Shown here: positions 1-12,921 of the stretch, piece by piece
Numbering within the stretch: the stretch's first letter is position 1
How the letters are laid out: every line of letters starts with the position of its first letter
Assembly (NCBI RefSeq): GCF_011386835.1
Contig: NC_088791.1
Span: forward strand, 183,148,001-183,212,000
Length of the DNA: 64,000 nt
From: Chrysemys picta bellii
Lineage: Eukaryota
Direction of reading: 5' to 3'
The notes under the pieces: model-generated
What the model saw: the letters and a program-made list of their open reading frames with translations, nothing else
The model's database searches: none
Told to the model about the DNA's origin: nothing
Made by a program: the position numbers and the translations under genes

Positions 1-540
1 CAAATATAACTTAGGTGTTAGAGAACTTGAGCTCACATTCCAAGTCCACTATTGAGGATATATTTCATGCCAAAGAAAAAAAATGAAAAGGTTGTGTTAC
101 TCATGCATCAGATAAAGGAAAATGTTGTATAAGTTTATGGAACTCCTGGAGGATTAAAGGTCCCCCCACATAACCTGAATAAATAAATCTGATCCTGCAA
201 GTAGACATTAATCTAATTGGACTCTGTAGATAAATGTGTGGAAACACCTTTAATTAAGAAGCTGGTGCTTTTGCTTGAATCTTGACCCACTTTCCCCCAT
301 TATTATTTTGCCATAGTTTAATAATTTCTCTTTTGCATTAAAGAGTAAATCTAATGAGACCAAACAGATTAAGAATAATATTAAAGTGGGTTTTTTTGTC
401 CCTTTCTGTTACATACATGATGTCTACAGTGACTAAAAAAAGGTTCAACTTTTGAAGATTTATGTGTTACAAGTCAGCATGAAGGAATATATGACTGCAT
501 TGAGACTATGGGAAATAGTATGACTTCCAAAAGTCAAGGG

Positions 541-632
541 GTAGGGACGGTTTTATGGCCTGCAGCATGCAGGGGGTCAGACCAGATGATCATAATGGTC
601 CCTTCTGACCTTAAAGTCTATGAGTCTATGAG
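541..632 (+). mobile_element. CR1 LINE 3' end fragment
   Basis: CR1-type 3' UTR (gatgatcataatggtcccttctgacc) ending in an 8-bp tandem tail gtctatga-gtctatga. Confidence 0.8.
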
Positions 633-2714
633 TTGATCCAATCTTCCTTTGAAGAGGTTAAACACTACAGCCAATGTGCTGGTAAAACTATGGAAGAGGA
701 AGCAGATACTAATAGCTTATATCTTCATTGAGTGAAAAAACTAAAATATAGCTGCCCAAGTTAATTTGGAGATGCAAGGAATCCCAGGCATATCTGAGTA
801 AAGTATATATAGTACATGCAGCCCACATTTCTTTATGGTTCCTTTACATATGCACTTTTGATTGGCCTTTCTTAGCATTATATAATTGAATCCTGTGGCA
901 ATGTTATGATATTGAAGTGCCATGTGCTTAGGCCTAGTGTACAACACATCTCCATTGAAATCAATGAAGTTTTGCTTTGCCCAGTTACACCAGAGAAGAG
1001 TTGGTTCATAGTTTAAGTTACGTCTATTGAGATAAAGTACGTTTCTCCTGGATTCAGCATCGTAGCAGACCCTTCTTATTTCTTCCAATCACAAGAGAGC
1101 ATCAGGAGTTGCAGCATTTTTCCAATAGCAATATTAGCTAACTGAAACTGTTGAGGCATGTCCTTGATTACCACTTTTCATACAAATGTGTATTTAGTAT
1201 TTTCTAGCACAAAACCACTTACATTATATATGAATTTAATCCTTTCTTTATATTAATCATATTGTTAGCCAGAAACATAATGATTATAATAATCTATGCA
1301 TACATTTCATCCCCTTCCTTTCTCCTGCAAAAGATAAGGTATAATTTTGAATTGACATTATTCCATTATTCTTTATTAAAAGAAGAAATAATGTGATTGA
1401 CAGTTTATTGTTGCCAGGGTGCTGCTTTTTATTTTATTTTTTGGGAAGACTTACTTCAGACTGTCAGAAAGACAGACAAAATAGCCATTATTCACTCAGT
1501 CACATTTCCTTAGATTCTTGGATGCTGGAGATCATCCCAATATATTTCTGTGTGTCTGTCAGTGTTGTGCATGTGTGTGGTTATTGAAACTCATGGGAGA
1601 AGTGGCTTTCCAACTTGGCTTTGAAACAAAGATTTTCAGAAAACCCAGCATCTTGGGCTAAAGAAAACCTTTCAGATCTCTCACATGACTAAATGCAATA
1701 ATATGAAACGTGTCATTTAGAGTTTTTGTAACATTGTCGTTTTTAAAAGCTATATGTAAATCAAACTTTTGAGGAATTAAATGTGAAATTAACAGAGAAT
1801 ATAACTAAAGTGTTGAGGTGAATTTGTCATTACTATGTAAGGGAAGTATTCCTTTGTTTAATTAGATCATGCAGTCTTTTAAAATGATTTTTTTCACTCG
1901 TGGTTTATTTACAACTCTTGCTACTAGCAGTTCCCTAGGGATAAGTGCATGAAAATTGCCTGAAACATTTACATTTTTAATTAGCTGAACTCAGGTGTTC
2001 TAGTAAGTATGCAACTAAGCTTACCTACTATAAATAATGAATGTAAAGGAAAAATCTAGGGGGAGAAGTTTTGAACACCTCTGCTGGCACACATTGCTGG
2101 GAAAAAATGAAAACAATGACTTAGTTTTATTTCAGGTAAACTATTATTAAAATGAACTTCAGAACTTCATTTCTGGCCTGACTTTCAAATCCTGTTAAAA
2201 GTCAGTAGGAGGCAAAGGTGGTCATTGGAAATCAGGCCGGTGTGGATATTTATGCTCTAATGTATAGGGCTGGTCTCTGAGTCCCAGAGCATTCTCAAAG
2301 TGTATATCTGTATCATTATTAGACACAGATCAACTTTCCCTTGCCACTTTTGCTGCTGTATACCAATTATACAGATATTTGTGTGCTTAATATAATTAAC
2401 AGTGGTTTAAATATAAAAACTGAGGCTTGGTCTAGATTTGATTAGCACCTCAGAGCCCAGTACTGTACTGATGGCCTGATTTTCAGAGGAGCTGAGTGCT
2501 CACAAATGAAACTGAAGTCAGAGGGCCAGATTGTGTACAGCTGCGAAGGTGAAGAGGGAGGGGTAAGGTACTTCCCCCCCTCATGTGGCTCTGCAGAAAT
2601 CCCCAGAGCACAGGGACCCGTGAAGGCCTCTCACAATCGCAGTCCCTGTGTTCTGACAAGTACTGGGACGTCTTGCTCCTGTTCTCTTTCTTTCCCTGAG
2701 AGGCAAGACTCCTA

Positions 2715-2987
2715 GGGTATATCTACAGTGCAGTTTGAGGGGTGATTATAACTCAGGCAGACATATCTGCACTAACTTTATCTTCTCTACCATTGTTAAA
2801 AATTAGCAGTCTAGACACTGTTGCGTGGGCTTCAGCATGGGCTGTACAAGCATGTTGCTAGCCTGCACTGAAGCCTGTGCTGTCACATCTACACTGCTAT
2901 TTTTAGTAATACTAACACAAATATAGCTAGCTTGGGTATGCCTACCTATGCTGCAATCAATTGTGAGATTGCAGTGTAGATATGCCC
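2715..2987. mobile_element. PIF/Harbinger-type MITE
   Basis: TIRs GGGTATATCTACAGTGCA / TGCAGTGTAGATATGCCC flanked by a 3-bp direct repeat CTA. Confidence 0.75.
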
Positions 2988-3638
2988 CTAGAAGTATAGC
3001 TTCACAGCCTCATCTTTAATTGGCAGCCAACAAAAAAGGTGAAAAAAAATCTAAAACCAAATCTCTAAATGAAAAAATAAATAAGTGCCTAGTTTTTTTG
3101 TTTTTGTTTTTTGTTTTTTTTAAAGGTTCACTACATTGCATGCTGAGCTCTTCTGAAAATCTGGCCACTTATGTGTGTCTAAATGGGAAATGACCTCTTA
3201 TGAAAATTCTGGTGTATATGCATGTACTGTAATACTCAAGATGGGCAATGTTTGTAGTTGTTTATATGAGTCACTCAACATACAATCTCATCTGCATCCA
3301 ATAACTAAACATATGCTACTTGTATAGAGCAGCAATTGTCTAAGATATTTATTCTTCTGTTCCAGGTGGGAAAACCTATATTACTGAGATCCAGCTGTTT
3401 CTGAATTTTCCCTTCATACAAAGGGAGTCAGAGAAAGAAACTTGTCTATGCAAATGGCCAGGAGTTAAACATGGAATCTGTATGCTTACTTTTGGGATAA
3501 AAATGGAGCTGATACCCAGCTCCAGCTTGGAGCTGAAAACAATTGTTAGTTAGTCATTTTCCAGCAAAATCTTTCTCTAATGGAGAGCTAGTGACTCAGA
3601 TGCCCTGTCAGCACCAGTCTTTGACCAGTCAAAATAAC

Positions 3639-4414
3639 TAGGACTCTAAGAAATTCATGGCCATGAAAAACGCATCACGGATCGTGAAATCTGGTCTCCC
3701 CCCGTGAAATCTGGTCTTCTGTGTGCTTTTACACTATACTATACAGATTTCATGGGGGAGACTAGCATTTCTCAAATTGAGGATCCTGCCCAAAAGGGAA
3801 TTGTGGGGTGGGGGGGTGGGTCACCAGGTTATTTTAAGGGTGTCACAGTATTGCCACCCTTACTTCTGTGCTGCCTTCAGAGCTCGGTGGCCAGAGAGCG
3901 GTAGCTGTTGGCCGAGCGCCCAGCTCTGACGTCAGCGTCCCACCAGTAACCGTGCAGAAATAAGATTGGCAATACCATGCCATGCCACCCTTCCTTCTGC
4001 GCTGCTGCCGGCACAGCTGGGCAGCCAGAGAGTGGCGGCTATTGACTGAGGGCCCAGCTCTGCCGGCAGTAGCACAGAAATAAGGGTGGCAATACCATAC
4101 CATGGCATCCTTACTTCTATGCTGCTGCTGCGAGCGGCTCTGCCTTCAGAGCTGGGCACCCGGCCAGCAGCCACCACTCAGCTCTGAAGACAGCGCTGCT
4201 GCCAGAAGCAGTGTAGAAGTAAGGGTAGCAGTACCACAACCCCCCTTACAATGACCTTGCAACCCCACCACAACTCCTTTTTGGGTCAGGACCTCTACAA
4301 TTACAACACTGTGAAATTTCAGATTTAAATAGCTGAAGTAATCAAATTTACTATTTTTAAAATCCTACGACTGTGAAATTAACCAAAATGGACCGTGAAT
4401 TTGGTAGGGCCCTA
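3639..4414. mobile_element. Non-autonomous DNA transposon (hAT-like) with internal repeated units
   Basis: Right TIR CCGTGAATTTGGTAGGGCCCTA and degenerate left TIR taggactctaagaaattcatgg. Internal repeated gtattgccacccttacttctg-type units occur in both orientations. Flanks aaaataac/ctgataac are a partial 8-bp TSD. Confidence 0.7.
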
Positions 4415-4521
4415 CTGATAACTTTAAGAGGGAAAGCCAGTGCAAGTTTTTTGTTACTGGTGGGATTCAAAGAAATGTATCTGAAAGAGGGGATTTGAAA
4501 TTGTGCTAGGGGAGCAGAGGA

Positions 4522-4715
4522 CAGGGCCGGCTCCAGCATTTCTTCCGCCCCAAGCCAAAAAAAAAGCCGCGATCGGCGACGGCAGTTCAGCGGCAGGTCC
4601 TTCGCTCCTAGAGGGAGTGAGGGACCTGCTGCCCCCGAATTGCCGCAGGTGCCGCCCCTCTCCCTTGGCCGCCCCAAGCACCTGCTTGTTAAGCTGGTGC
4701 CTGGAGCCGGCCCTG
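4522..4715. mobile_element. hAT MITE (CAGGGCCGGCTCCAG TIR family)
   Basis: 15-bp TIRs and perfect 8-bp TSD GCAGAGGA. Confidence 0.92.
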
Positions 4716-5097
4716 GCAGAGGACATCTGGGCACAATGGGAAGCCTTGTCAGAGTGGAAATATATGACTGGTGGTGGACCATCCTTGAGTATATACACTA
4801 TATATTCTCTGCCAACTAAATTCCACTGCAGTTGTTCTGCTGAAACCTATTGTGAATAATCACATGAATAATTACAAGTTCAGTCCCTGCTGAATGAAGG
4901 GAAGAGAGACAAATAAAACTACATTATCTAAATACTTCCTAACCAGGATCCTAGTTTTCCATGATAAAAAAACAAAATTCTCCAATAAAAAACCCCATAA
5001 AAATTTCCTTTTTTCCATGATTAAAATGAAATGCTGAACATTAGGTTCCCTAGCTACAATGTATTTAGACATCAGTTGAACACATTTAATTGATATA

Positions 5098-5542
5098 CAG
5101 TAGATACCCATTTATCCGATCTTCCATTATCTGGCTCTTCTCATTAACTAAACTACCAGCAGGACCAATGGCGGGGGGGGGGGGGGGAAGCCGATACAAA
5201 TTACTGGGGCCCGGCAGTCCGGAAGGGTGCCCGGAGCCCAACTCTGTTGCATATGTTTTTGTCTTTCTCGGTAGTATCATTATTTGTCGATTGTTTTCCG
5301 AGTATTTCTGAGTTCTATATGAACATTTGCTTCTGTGCTTTGACAGTATAACAGTGCAGTCTCATGATGGGGGGCCCGAAAAAAAATTTTCACCGGGGCC
5401 CGAACCCACTTTCGGCGGCCCTGACCACCAGATGTCCAGGGCTGATTGCCTGAGCCCGAGCTGCTGTCAGTCCTGGGCAGCTGGTGATTTGGTTAATATG
5501 GAGAGCTGGTTAATGGAGGCTTGGATAACTGGACTTCTACTT
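5098..5542. mobile_element. Tc1/mariner (Tigger/pogo-like) MITE, interrupted by a hAT MITE
   Basis: Imperfect TIRs cagtagatacccatttatccga / ttggataactggacttctactt (about 16/22), each flanked by TA. Confidence 0.6.
5160..5423. mobile_element. hAT MITE (CAGGGCCG-type) nested in Tc1/mariner MITE
   Basis: Right end ggcggccctg, degenerate left end caggacc, TSD actaccag/accaccag (7/8). Confidence 0.75.
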
Positions 5543-7226
5543 TATATTTTTTTATTTTTTCAGAAAATGTAAAAACTAAAGATTCTCTGTAAGAACACAA
5601 ACTCCAGATTTTCCATGGCAAATGGCTTTCTAGGATACCTGTTCAAAACTTTGGTTGAGTCCTGCAGTATCTGGATATTTTCTTAATAGTTAGAATAAAG
5701 TAAGGGTTTCTTGATGAAGCCTGTATCTGCAAACTTCTGTTGAAAAGATTCTGTTGGAATTTACCAAAAACAAAAAAAAAAAGGAACTAAACAAGCATTC
5801 TTTTAAAACTGATGGGGATGCTGGTATGTTCCTTGAAAATAGGAATGTTCTTTGGGATTTCAGGGCCACGTGGTTGCAGGCATACTTAGAGCCTTTGTAG
5901 CTGAAGTATACATCTGCCTATCGAACAGCTTACAGTAGCTGCTTAGAAATACTGTAACAGAAATAATTCTAAAAAGATACCATTCTTACCTAGGCATGAC
6001 TGAACATGGAGGTCAGTACATAAGTCTCTCACAAAAGAGACACTATTTCCCAGTTCAGACTCAGCTTCTTCAAACAGATTAAAGTCATCCTACTAACAAA
6101 AGCAGATTGATTACAACATTAAATTGTGACCAAAGGATAGCCACAATATTAAGTCCTTTTTTGGACATTCATTATCGTACTCAGATGCATGTTATAATTG
6201 CATTTCCTGCCATTGCTGGGAAAATATCCAGCCTGCTAGAGTAATTTGTACTTCAGAATTAAAATAACCCACACAAAGATTGAAATTACTTTAAAGTTTC
6301 TCTTTTTGATTTTTATAGGTTGCAAAAGTTATAAAAGCAAGTATAATTAAGTTCCAGGGAGTGTGGTGGTTCTGATTTTGTCTTGGATTTTACTGAGAGC
6401 CAATGGGAAATCAATTATCTCCAATCCCTCCTGAAAATGCTCTCTGCATAATTAAATATATTTCTCCCTCACCTCGCCTTTGAACAAGAATCATTTATGG
6501 TGGTCCAGGATAGACTGTACTCCAAATATTCCAGTGAAAACCCAATGTAAAAAAACAAATGTAGAATGCCTGATTCTGTATATTGCACTGAATAATTTAA
6601 CATTTCAGTGCAAATGATAAGCCTAACAGAAAATAGGTTGGATGAACTGATAGTAGGTTTTTTTTTTGGCCATTAATATTTGTGTACTTTTAAGTGTATT
6701 AATAGACTTATCCAAAGATGGATAATAAAAAGAGCAAAACTGAGGGGCTGGGAAGTGTAAGTCAGATCATTTAATCTGGGAATAATAATAAACCTTACTA
6801 TGTCTTGCTGTCTTTTAAAATAATTTTATTGGATTTTAAACTATTTGATTACAGCCTGGATCTGAGATTAATTTATTAGATGAATTTAGTCTATTTTCCT
6901 CCCCACAGAATAAATGTGAATAGATCACCAGTTCTTTGCATTTATTTATTATTTAAATTCAGTTAATAAGTGGTATATAAATAAAATTACTTTTTGGATT
7001 GATTGCAAATATTTGAAATCCAAGCAGTGTTGTGATTGGATAGATGGTTAGCCCTTAATTGATTGGTTAGATTGGTTAGTCCTTAATTAATTTTTTTGAA
7101 GTGATTTTTAAAAAATACAGCCCCTTTCAGCAAGTTAGGTAAGTGCTAGACACATGAGTAGTTCGCTTAGTTAAGCATTTGAGTAGTTCCACTGAATTGG
7201 GTTATGTACCTTACTGGATTTTGGCT

Positions 7227-7463
7227 TGTGATGGGGTCGCAAGCTAGGAAGAGTTAAAAGCAAGTTAGTCACATCTATCACACCTGTGCTCTAATTGCTT
7301 CTCAGCCAGAGGTAGGTGGGACTAAGAGGTGTCAGGTAATAACTTAATGGACTTCTGGGCCTCATAAAAGGGAGAGAGCTCAGCCTGAGTCTGGAATCAG
7401 AAGGACTAGAGAGGGTTTGTTGAAGGGGCCTGAGCTTGCAGGATAAGGGAAGACTCAGTTTGA
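7227..7463 (+). mobile_element. Putative LTR fragment
   Basis: Starts TGTGATGGGG and has a TATA-like cataaaaggg followed by purine-rich sequence. Resembles turtle solo LTRs. No TSD resolved. Confidence 0.35.
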
Positions 7464-7477
7464 TGGTATGTCTACAC

Positions 7478-8119
7478 CAGGGGCTTTCTAACTTTTTCTT
7501 TCTGAGGCCCCCCCACCATGCTATAAAAACTCCTCACTTGTACCACGACAATTGTTTTTCTCCATATAAAAGCTAGAGCTGGCGTTAAAGGGTAGGAAGA
7601 GGGGCAATTGCCTGGGGTCCCATGCCACAAGGGGCACCTGAAACTGGGACTATGTCTACACTAGCAACTGAATGATAAAACTTTTGTCTCTCAGCTATGT
7701 TAACCCCCCCCCCCCAAAAGATCAATGTTTTGCTGATGACAAGTGCCAGTGTGAACAGCACTTTGTCAGCAGGAGTGCTCTCCTGCCGACAACGCTTACG
7801 CCGCTTATTGAGGGTGAACGTTTTTTGTTGGCTGGCGAGGCGATAAACAGCGGCTACGCTGTGCACCTTTTAGTGGCACAACTGTAGTGACACTGCTGTG
7901 TTGCTAAAAACTGCTTAGTGTAGACATAGCCTAAGTTGCTCAGGCTTCAGCTTCAGTCCCTGGTGCTGGAGCTCAGGGCCCCAGGCTGCAGTCCTGCATG
8001 TGGGGCTTTAGTTTTCTGCCCTGGGTCCTAGAAAGTCTAACACCAGAAAAGCTTGGTGGACCCCCTGAAACCAGCTCGCGGTCCCTAGGGGGCCCTGGAC
8101 CCCTGGTTGAGAACCACTA
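7478..8119. mobile_element. hAT (Buster/Charlie-type) MITE
   Basis: TIRs caggggctttctaac / gttgagaaccacta and perfect 8-bp TSD GTCTACAC. Confidence 0.88.
7648..7931. mobile_element. Harbinger-type MITE nested in hAT MITE
   Basis: TIRs gactatgtctacacta / tagtgtagacatagcc. Confidence 0.8.
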
Positions 8120-8239
8120 GTCTACACTATAATTAGAAACCTGTGGCTGGCCCAGGCGTGCTGGCTTGGGCTCTTGAGGCATGGGCTAAGGGGCTATTGA
8201 ATTGCAGCATAGACATTTGGGCTTGGGATGCAGCTGGCT

Positions 8240-8372
8240 GTCCCTAAACCTCTGACTGCCAGAAGCTGGGATTGGATGAGAGGGTGGATCAGTTGACAAT
8301 TGCCCTGTTCTGTGTATTCTCTCTGAAGTAGCTGGTACTGACCATTGGTCTAACCCAGTATGGCTGTTCTTA
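8240..8372 (+). mobile_element. CR1 LINE 3' UTR fragment
   Basis: Characteristic ...cctaaacctctgactgccagaagctggga...acccagtatggctgttctta terminus. Confidence 0.7.
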
Positions 8373-9322
8373 AAGACAAAGAGCTGGATTCATCCTTCAT
8401 AGCTCCAGTTTTAACTAGTACTGTAATTTGACTTTTGGTCACCTGTACAAATTCTCCAAATATTTCTGAAGTATTAAGAAAAAGTTCTCCATCTAACTTA
8501 ATGTCTAACATTCAGTACATAGCTACTGATACAATGGAAAGCCACCATCTTGTTATGAAGAATCTGCTTTCAGATCCATGTGTAAATTGAAGTGTGAGTA
8601 TAACACACATTAGCGTTAATGTGAAACATCCTTTCCCCTCCCTCAAAAGCATGGGCAATTAGACCCTAAGTGCCTTCTAAAAAGCAAAACAATTGGCAGG
8701 GAATTTAGCCTTTGCCACATTCTCAATTCTGTCATTTAGAAGCTGCAAACTGAGAACAGTGTGTGTATTCGGATGCTCTTAGATGACTAAATGTGTTACC
8801 CATCAGCATTAGATGTTTTGTGTAATTAAATAAACTAATTGTAGTTAATATGACATACACATTATTCATTGTTGTGCTAGATTGATATTTAGCTATGGAT
8901 GATGAAATTACTATACATTTCATGACCTATACAACTTGTAAACTGGAGGCTAGTAAAATGTAATGAGGGGAATGGTTGTTGTATAACATTGTCTTTATTT
9001 TCAGATTTTTTTTTTATATAAGGTCATATAAGTAACAAACATAACATTGTCTGTAGTATGTTATTTACATTATCTGATCAGCTCGCTATTATTTTTCATG
9101 GTATAGAGAAGTATGTACTCGTGCCCATTCTGCATGCCTTTATATTTGGCAGTGACTAAAATGAATAATGATCAAATGTACTCGGTGCTTAGGTTATTGT
9201 AACCGGTTTTAATTGTTTCCTTTTTGGAGACATGGAATTAAAAGAATAAAGCATTTAATATTTTAAGACCTCTTTCTCCTCCACTGCCATTCTCTACACA
9301 GGGGACACCTTTCTCTAAACAG

Positions 9323-9488
9323 GTTTCAGAGTAGCAGCCGTGTTAGTCTGTATCCGCAAAAAGAACAGGAGTACTTGTGGCACCTTAGAGACTAACAAAT
9401 TTATTAGAGCATAAGCTTTCGTGGACTACAGCCCAATTCTTCGGATGCATCCGAAGTCTCTAAGGTGCCACAAGTACTCCTGTTCTTT
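9323..9488 (-). mobile_element. Penelope-like element 3' terminus with inverted partial copy
   Basis: gtttcagagtagcagccgtgttagtctg... is the PLE 3' end on the minus strand. 9457-9490 is the reverse complement of 9358-9391. A 13-bp direct repeat TTTCTCTAAACAG flanks it (9310-9322, 9489-9501). Confidence 0.85.
9409..9448 (-). ncRNA. Degenerate minimal hammerhead ribozyme motif (probably inactive)
   Basis: Minus strand reads GCAT CCGAAGA A TTGGG ctgtag TCCAC GAAA GCTT ATGC. It has a U4C change and has lost the G10.1-C11.1 pair. Confidence 0.5.
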
Positions 9489-11323
9489 TTTCTCTAAACA
9501 GATGTCATTGACAGTTTAGTTATATGGAAGTGACACCACTTCAGAGCATGGGAAAAGTCCTGCTCAATACCAACCTTTAGCATTTGAAGATCCAGAGCTT
9601 GAATCACTAATGCATTAGACCAATTTGATACAGTGTAATTCCATTAAAGTTAGAAGTGAAGTTCTATCACCACTTCATAGGAGTCACTAACACACCTTCC
9701 GAGGAATCAGATCCTAACCAGAGTAATAAAAAACAATAGATAGGGCAGATAACAAAAGTGATGCCCAATAAAACGTAATGGGACAATTCCCTGTACTTTT
9801 TAATTTGAGAGGAATTCCTTTTTTAACCTATGGCAGCTAACAGGAATTCAGGATGAGGCTTACAGTACTCAAGCAAAACGTCCACTTGCCGTTATCAGCC
9901 ATAATTCCACTACATTGGCATAGTTGTATATGAAAAATTAGAGCCCTGGCAAATGGAAGTATAGGAACAACTGTTAAATTCCAATAACAAGTGGGCTTTT
10001 ATCCTGGCTGGGGCATGACAATGGTGGGGGACATGATCACAAACAGTAAATTTAGTGAGCATCTTTTAGTGTGTTGAGTGCCTTCAACTCCTCTTGAAGA
10101 CAAATGAAAGGAGGAGAGAATAGCTGGCAAGAAGCTGTGTAGGAGGATTGAAAGGTGGAAGCAATAATAGTGTGAAGAGGAGCAATAATGGCGTGAGATT
10201 TGAGCTTCTTTCCATTCTAGTTTCTGACTTCTGGTTTGGGCTGTATCCGAGTTATATTTTCAAGATATTTCTCTATAACCATCATGGCTAGAACCTTTAT
10301 AAAAAAAAAAATAAAAAAAAAAGGCAAACTGAGAGTCTCCTGTAATCACAAGAATCCAGGAGGTGGATCCCTTCCCCCAGCACACACATGGGATTTGTCA
10401 TTAAATTGTGAGTGTTGTTTGCAACAGTGTTGGAGCTCCCTAGGTAAAGGCTGAGTTGCAGCAGGAGTGAACACCTTCCTGTGTGCAGAGAGGGGAAAGA
10501 GGGATATCAGAAGGAGGAAATATTCTGTGAGAGAAAGTGAGTGGAGGGGATAGTGGGTGAGAAGGAAGGTGACATCAGTTCTACAGTTTTCTCTGATCAA
10601 AGGGTTTGCATTTTTTCAGCTCTCCTGTACTGTTGCAAGATGCAAACTTTTTGATCGGAGCAAGTTACAGACAGAGGTAATGATCTGTTCCATCTCCAGT
10701 CCTTCAGTGGTAGGGAGAGTCCATGTGTCTGGCTTCTCCCTGCACCTAGTGCTCTGTGCCCTGGAAGGGAAAGCTAGCAATCTGCAGCAGAGTCCTGTCT
10801 ACATTGGTGGGACGTTGATCCCTCTGCCTGCCCCCATATTACTGGGCTTGGGCACAGAAAAAATCCTCTACCTGCTTAAGGGGGCTCTCTCGCACGCACA
10901 CACAGCTAAAATTGCATTGGGTGAGTTCCTTATTGATTTTTTTTGTCTCACTGGTTATTTTTACATGCATGGGACCCCATTGACTTAATTGGGGTACATG
11001 TGTGTACCTAATTAGATAAATTTGACCTAATTTATTTAGGAAGATGTGAATGATAGAAACATATGGAACTATTTTGACCATATATGGTAAATCGGTAGCA
11101 CCCAAAAGTGATACTGTGCACTTTAATGTTCTTTCCTTATATAGGTAGTCTGTGTTTTTGTTTGTTTGTTTGTTCTGTAGTACTACAACTACAAAATGGG
11201 TAAAATGTTAAGAGCTCTATATTTGAATGAAACCCACGGTATCTCTCAGTCTGTGAGGGTCACTCAGCAAGGCTCTGGAGAGCAGGAAGTATTTTGAGCT
11301 CTCATGTAATACACACACACACA

Positions 11324-11497
11324 ATGGAGATATCCTATCTCCTAGAACTGGAAGGAACCTTGAAAGGTCATCGAGTCCAGCTCCCTGCCTTCACTAGCAG
11401 GACCAAGTACTGATTTTGCCCCAGATCCCTAAGTGGCCCCCTCAAGGATTGAACTCACAACCCTGGGTTTAGCAGGCCAATGCTCAAACCACTGAGC
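11324..11497 (-). mobile_element. Tortoise-type PolIII/SINE (tRNA-derived head, CR1-like tail)
   Basis: Reverse complement reads gctcagtggtttgagcattggcctgctaaacccagggttgtgagttcaatcc...cttccagttctaggagataggatatctcc, with A and B boxes recognisable. Confidence 0.9.
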
Positions 11498-12921
11498 GAG
11501 TGAGCTGTGCTTTTAATTTGCAGGTATTCTAATTTTTTTCAGATGAAATGTTGTTGTGATTTGTAGGCATAATATAAAGTTTAAATAATCACAGAGGTAA
11601 TACTTACAAATTGTAACTTTGTGAAGCTGTAAATTTGTGTTAGTGTCAGCAAAAACTTGCTGCATGCAGTTGCTTAGGAGGGTGGGTATATGGTTACAGA
11701 GACAGCCATGTTCTGGTTGAGTTTAGAACCCTGAACAATAGCTATTTCATGAATCAAATACCAAAAGCAATCTAAACTGCGTTTTATTTATAAACTGAAG
11801 TTTGATAGTAGTTTTAGACTAAATCTTAGGGAAGAGTTTTGATATATTTTTTTTTAACAGATAACACTGAAGCTGGTCTGAACAATAGCTCTGGATAATG
11901 CTGAAGAGATTGTGATTTTTTTGAATGTATTTATTCATTACTTGCCTCTTATTTTATGTTAAAGTTCCATGTAGTTTAGAATGTAGAAAATATCTGTTTA
12001 AAATTATGCAAAACAGTACATTGCTGCATGGGTTTGTGTGTCCTATAACACTTCCATAGTGAGCTGTCACCTTTAAATTTTTAGGTATAATAAAATGTAG
12101 CTAATCAGACAGCACTCTCATCTGTAAGCCTAACAAGCTCAGCAGGTAGCAGATCAGCTCAATTAAAGTATGCTATATTGCATTCTATAAAGCAGATGCT
12201 AAAGCAGAAATGTTTTTAGACCGTTATTAACATCTGTGACTTGTATGACTGTCTTTTATACCAGTTCTCCCTCCTAAAATCCTCAGCTACTGCAGACAAC
12301 ATTTTTCAGGTTAAAAATTGTAATCCTGAATGCGTGTACTATTGTTCTTTCTCACATTCAGTCAAATGTCTAAAATAACTATTATTTATAAATTACTTAC
12401 TATTGTCAAAACAAGTTAGATTAAATTCAGATGTATTTATTTTTATCAGATTGGCTTCACATGCTATGATCACCTGAGGTTACCTAGTTACTAAGAACTC
12501 TGTTCTTTTGTCATTCTAGTATCTAGTGCCTGCTAACTCCATCTTGATTTAGCTCATGGACATGTTTTAGGTGCTTTGATTACTCGTAAATGTGACTAGG
12601 AAAGTAAGATTATATTCATTTTATAATAGATAATATGAACCTTCTCAACTTTATTACCACTTTCAACTTACTTTAAAAGCTACCACCAGGTTTATGAACT
12701 CACCACTTATTCCTAAAAATATCATTTTTTGGCAGAGTGGGGATATAATTTCAATTTTTAATAAGCCTAATTCATTCACTCTCTGGTATTTCAGTTTCCC
12801 AGCAGTGTCATCTGATCTTTCTCTTATGCAGCACTGTCAGTGGTTTTGCAAAAACAAATGGGTTTTCTTATTAGCTGCTTTAATTCATTATTTCTCACAT
12901 TTTGAACTTTCTGGTACTTTT

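Larger units (their letters stand above)
7464..8230. mobile_element. Harbinger-type MITE (outer element of a triple nest, right end lost)
   Basis: Left TIR ggtatgtctacac is split by a hAT insertion. Sequence resumes at 8120 (gtctacactataattag...). Confidence 0.55.

Noticed and set aside
741-1088. 115-aa minus-strand ORF
   Set aside because: No recognisable domain or splice context, and it overlaps a common cattgaaatcaatg repeat motif. Likely chance.
10557-10988. 143-aa ORF as a protein-coding gene
   Set aside because: Starts at a non-ATG codon and has no recognisable family. The candidate splice sites inside it do not join in frame.
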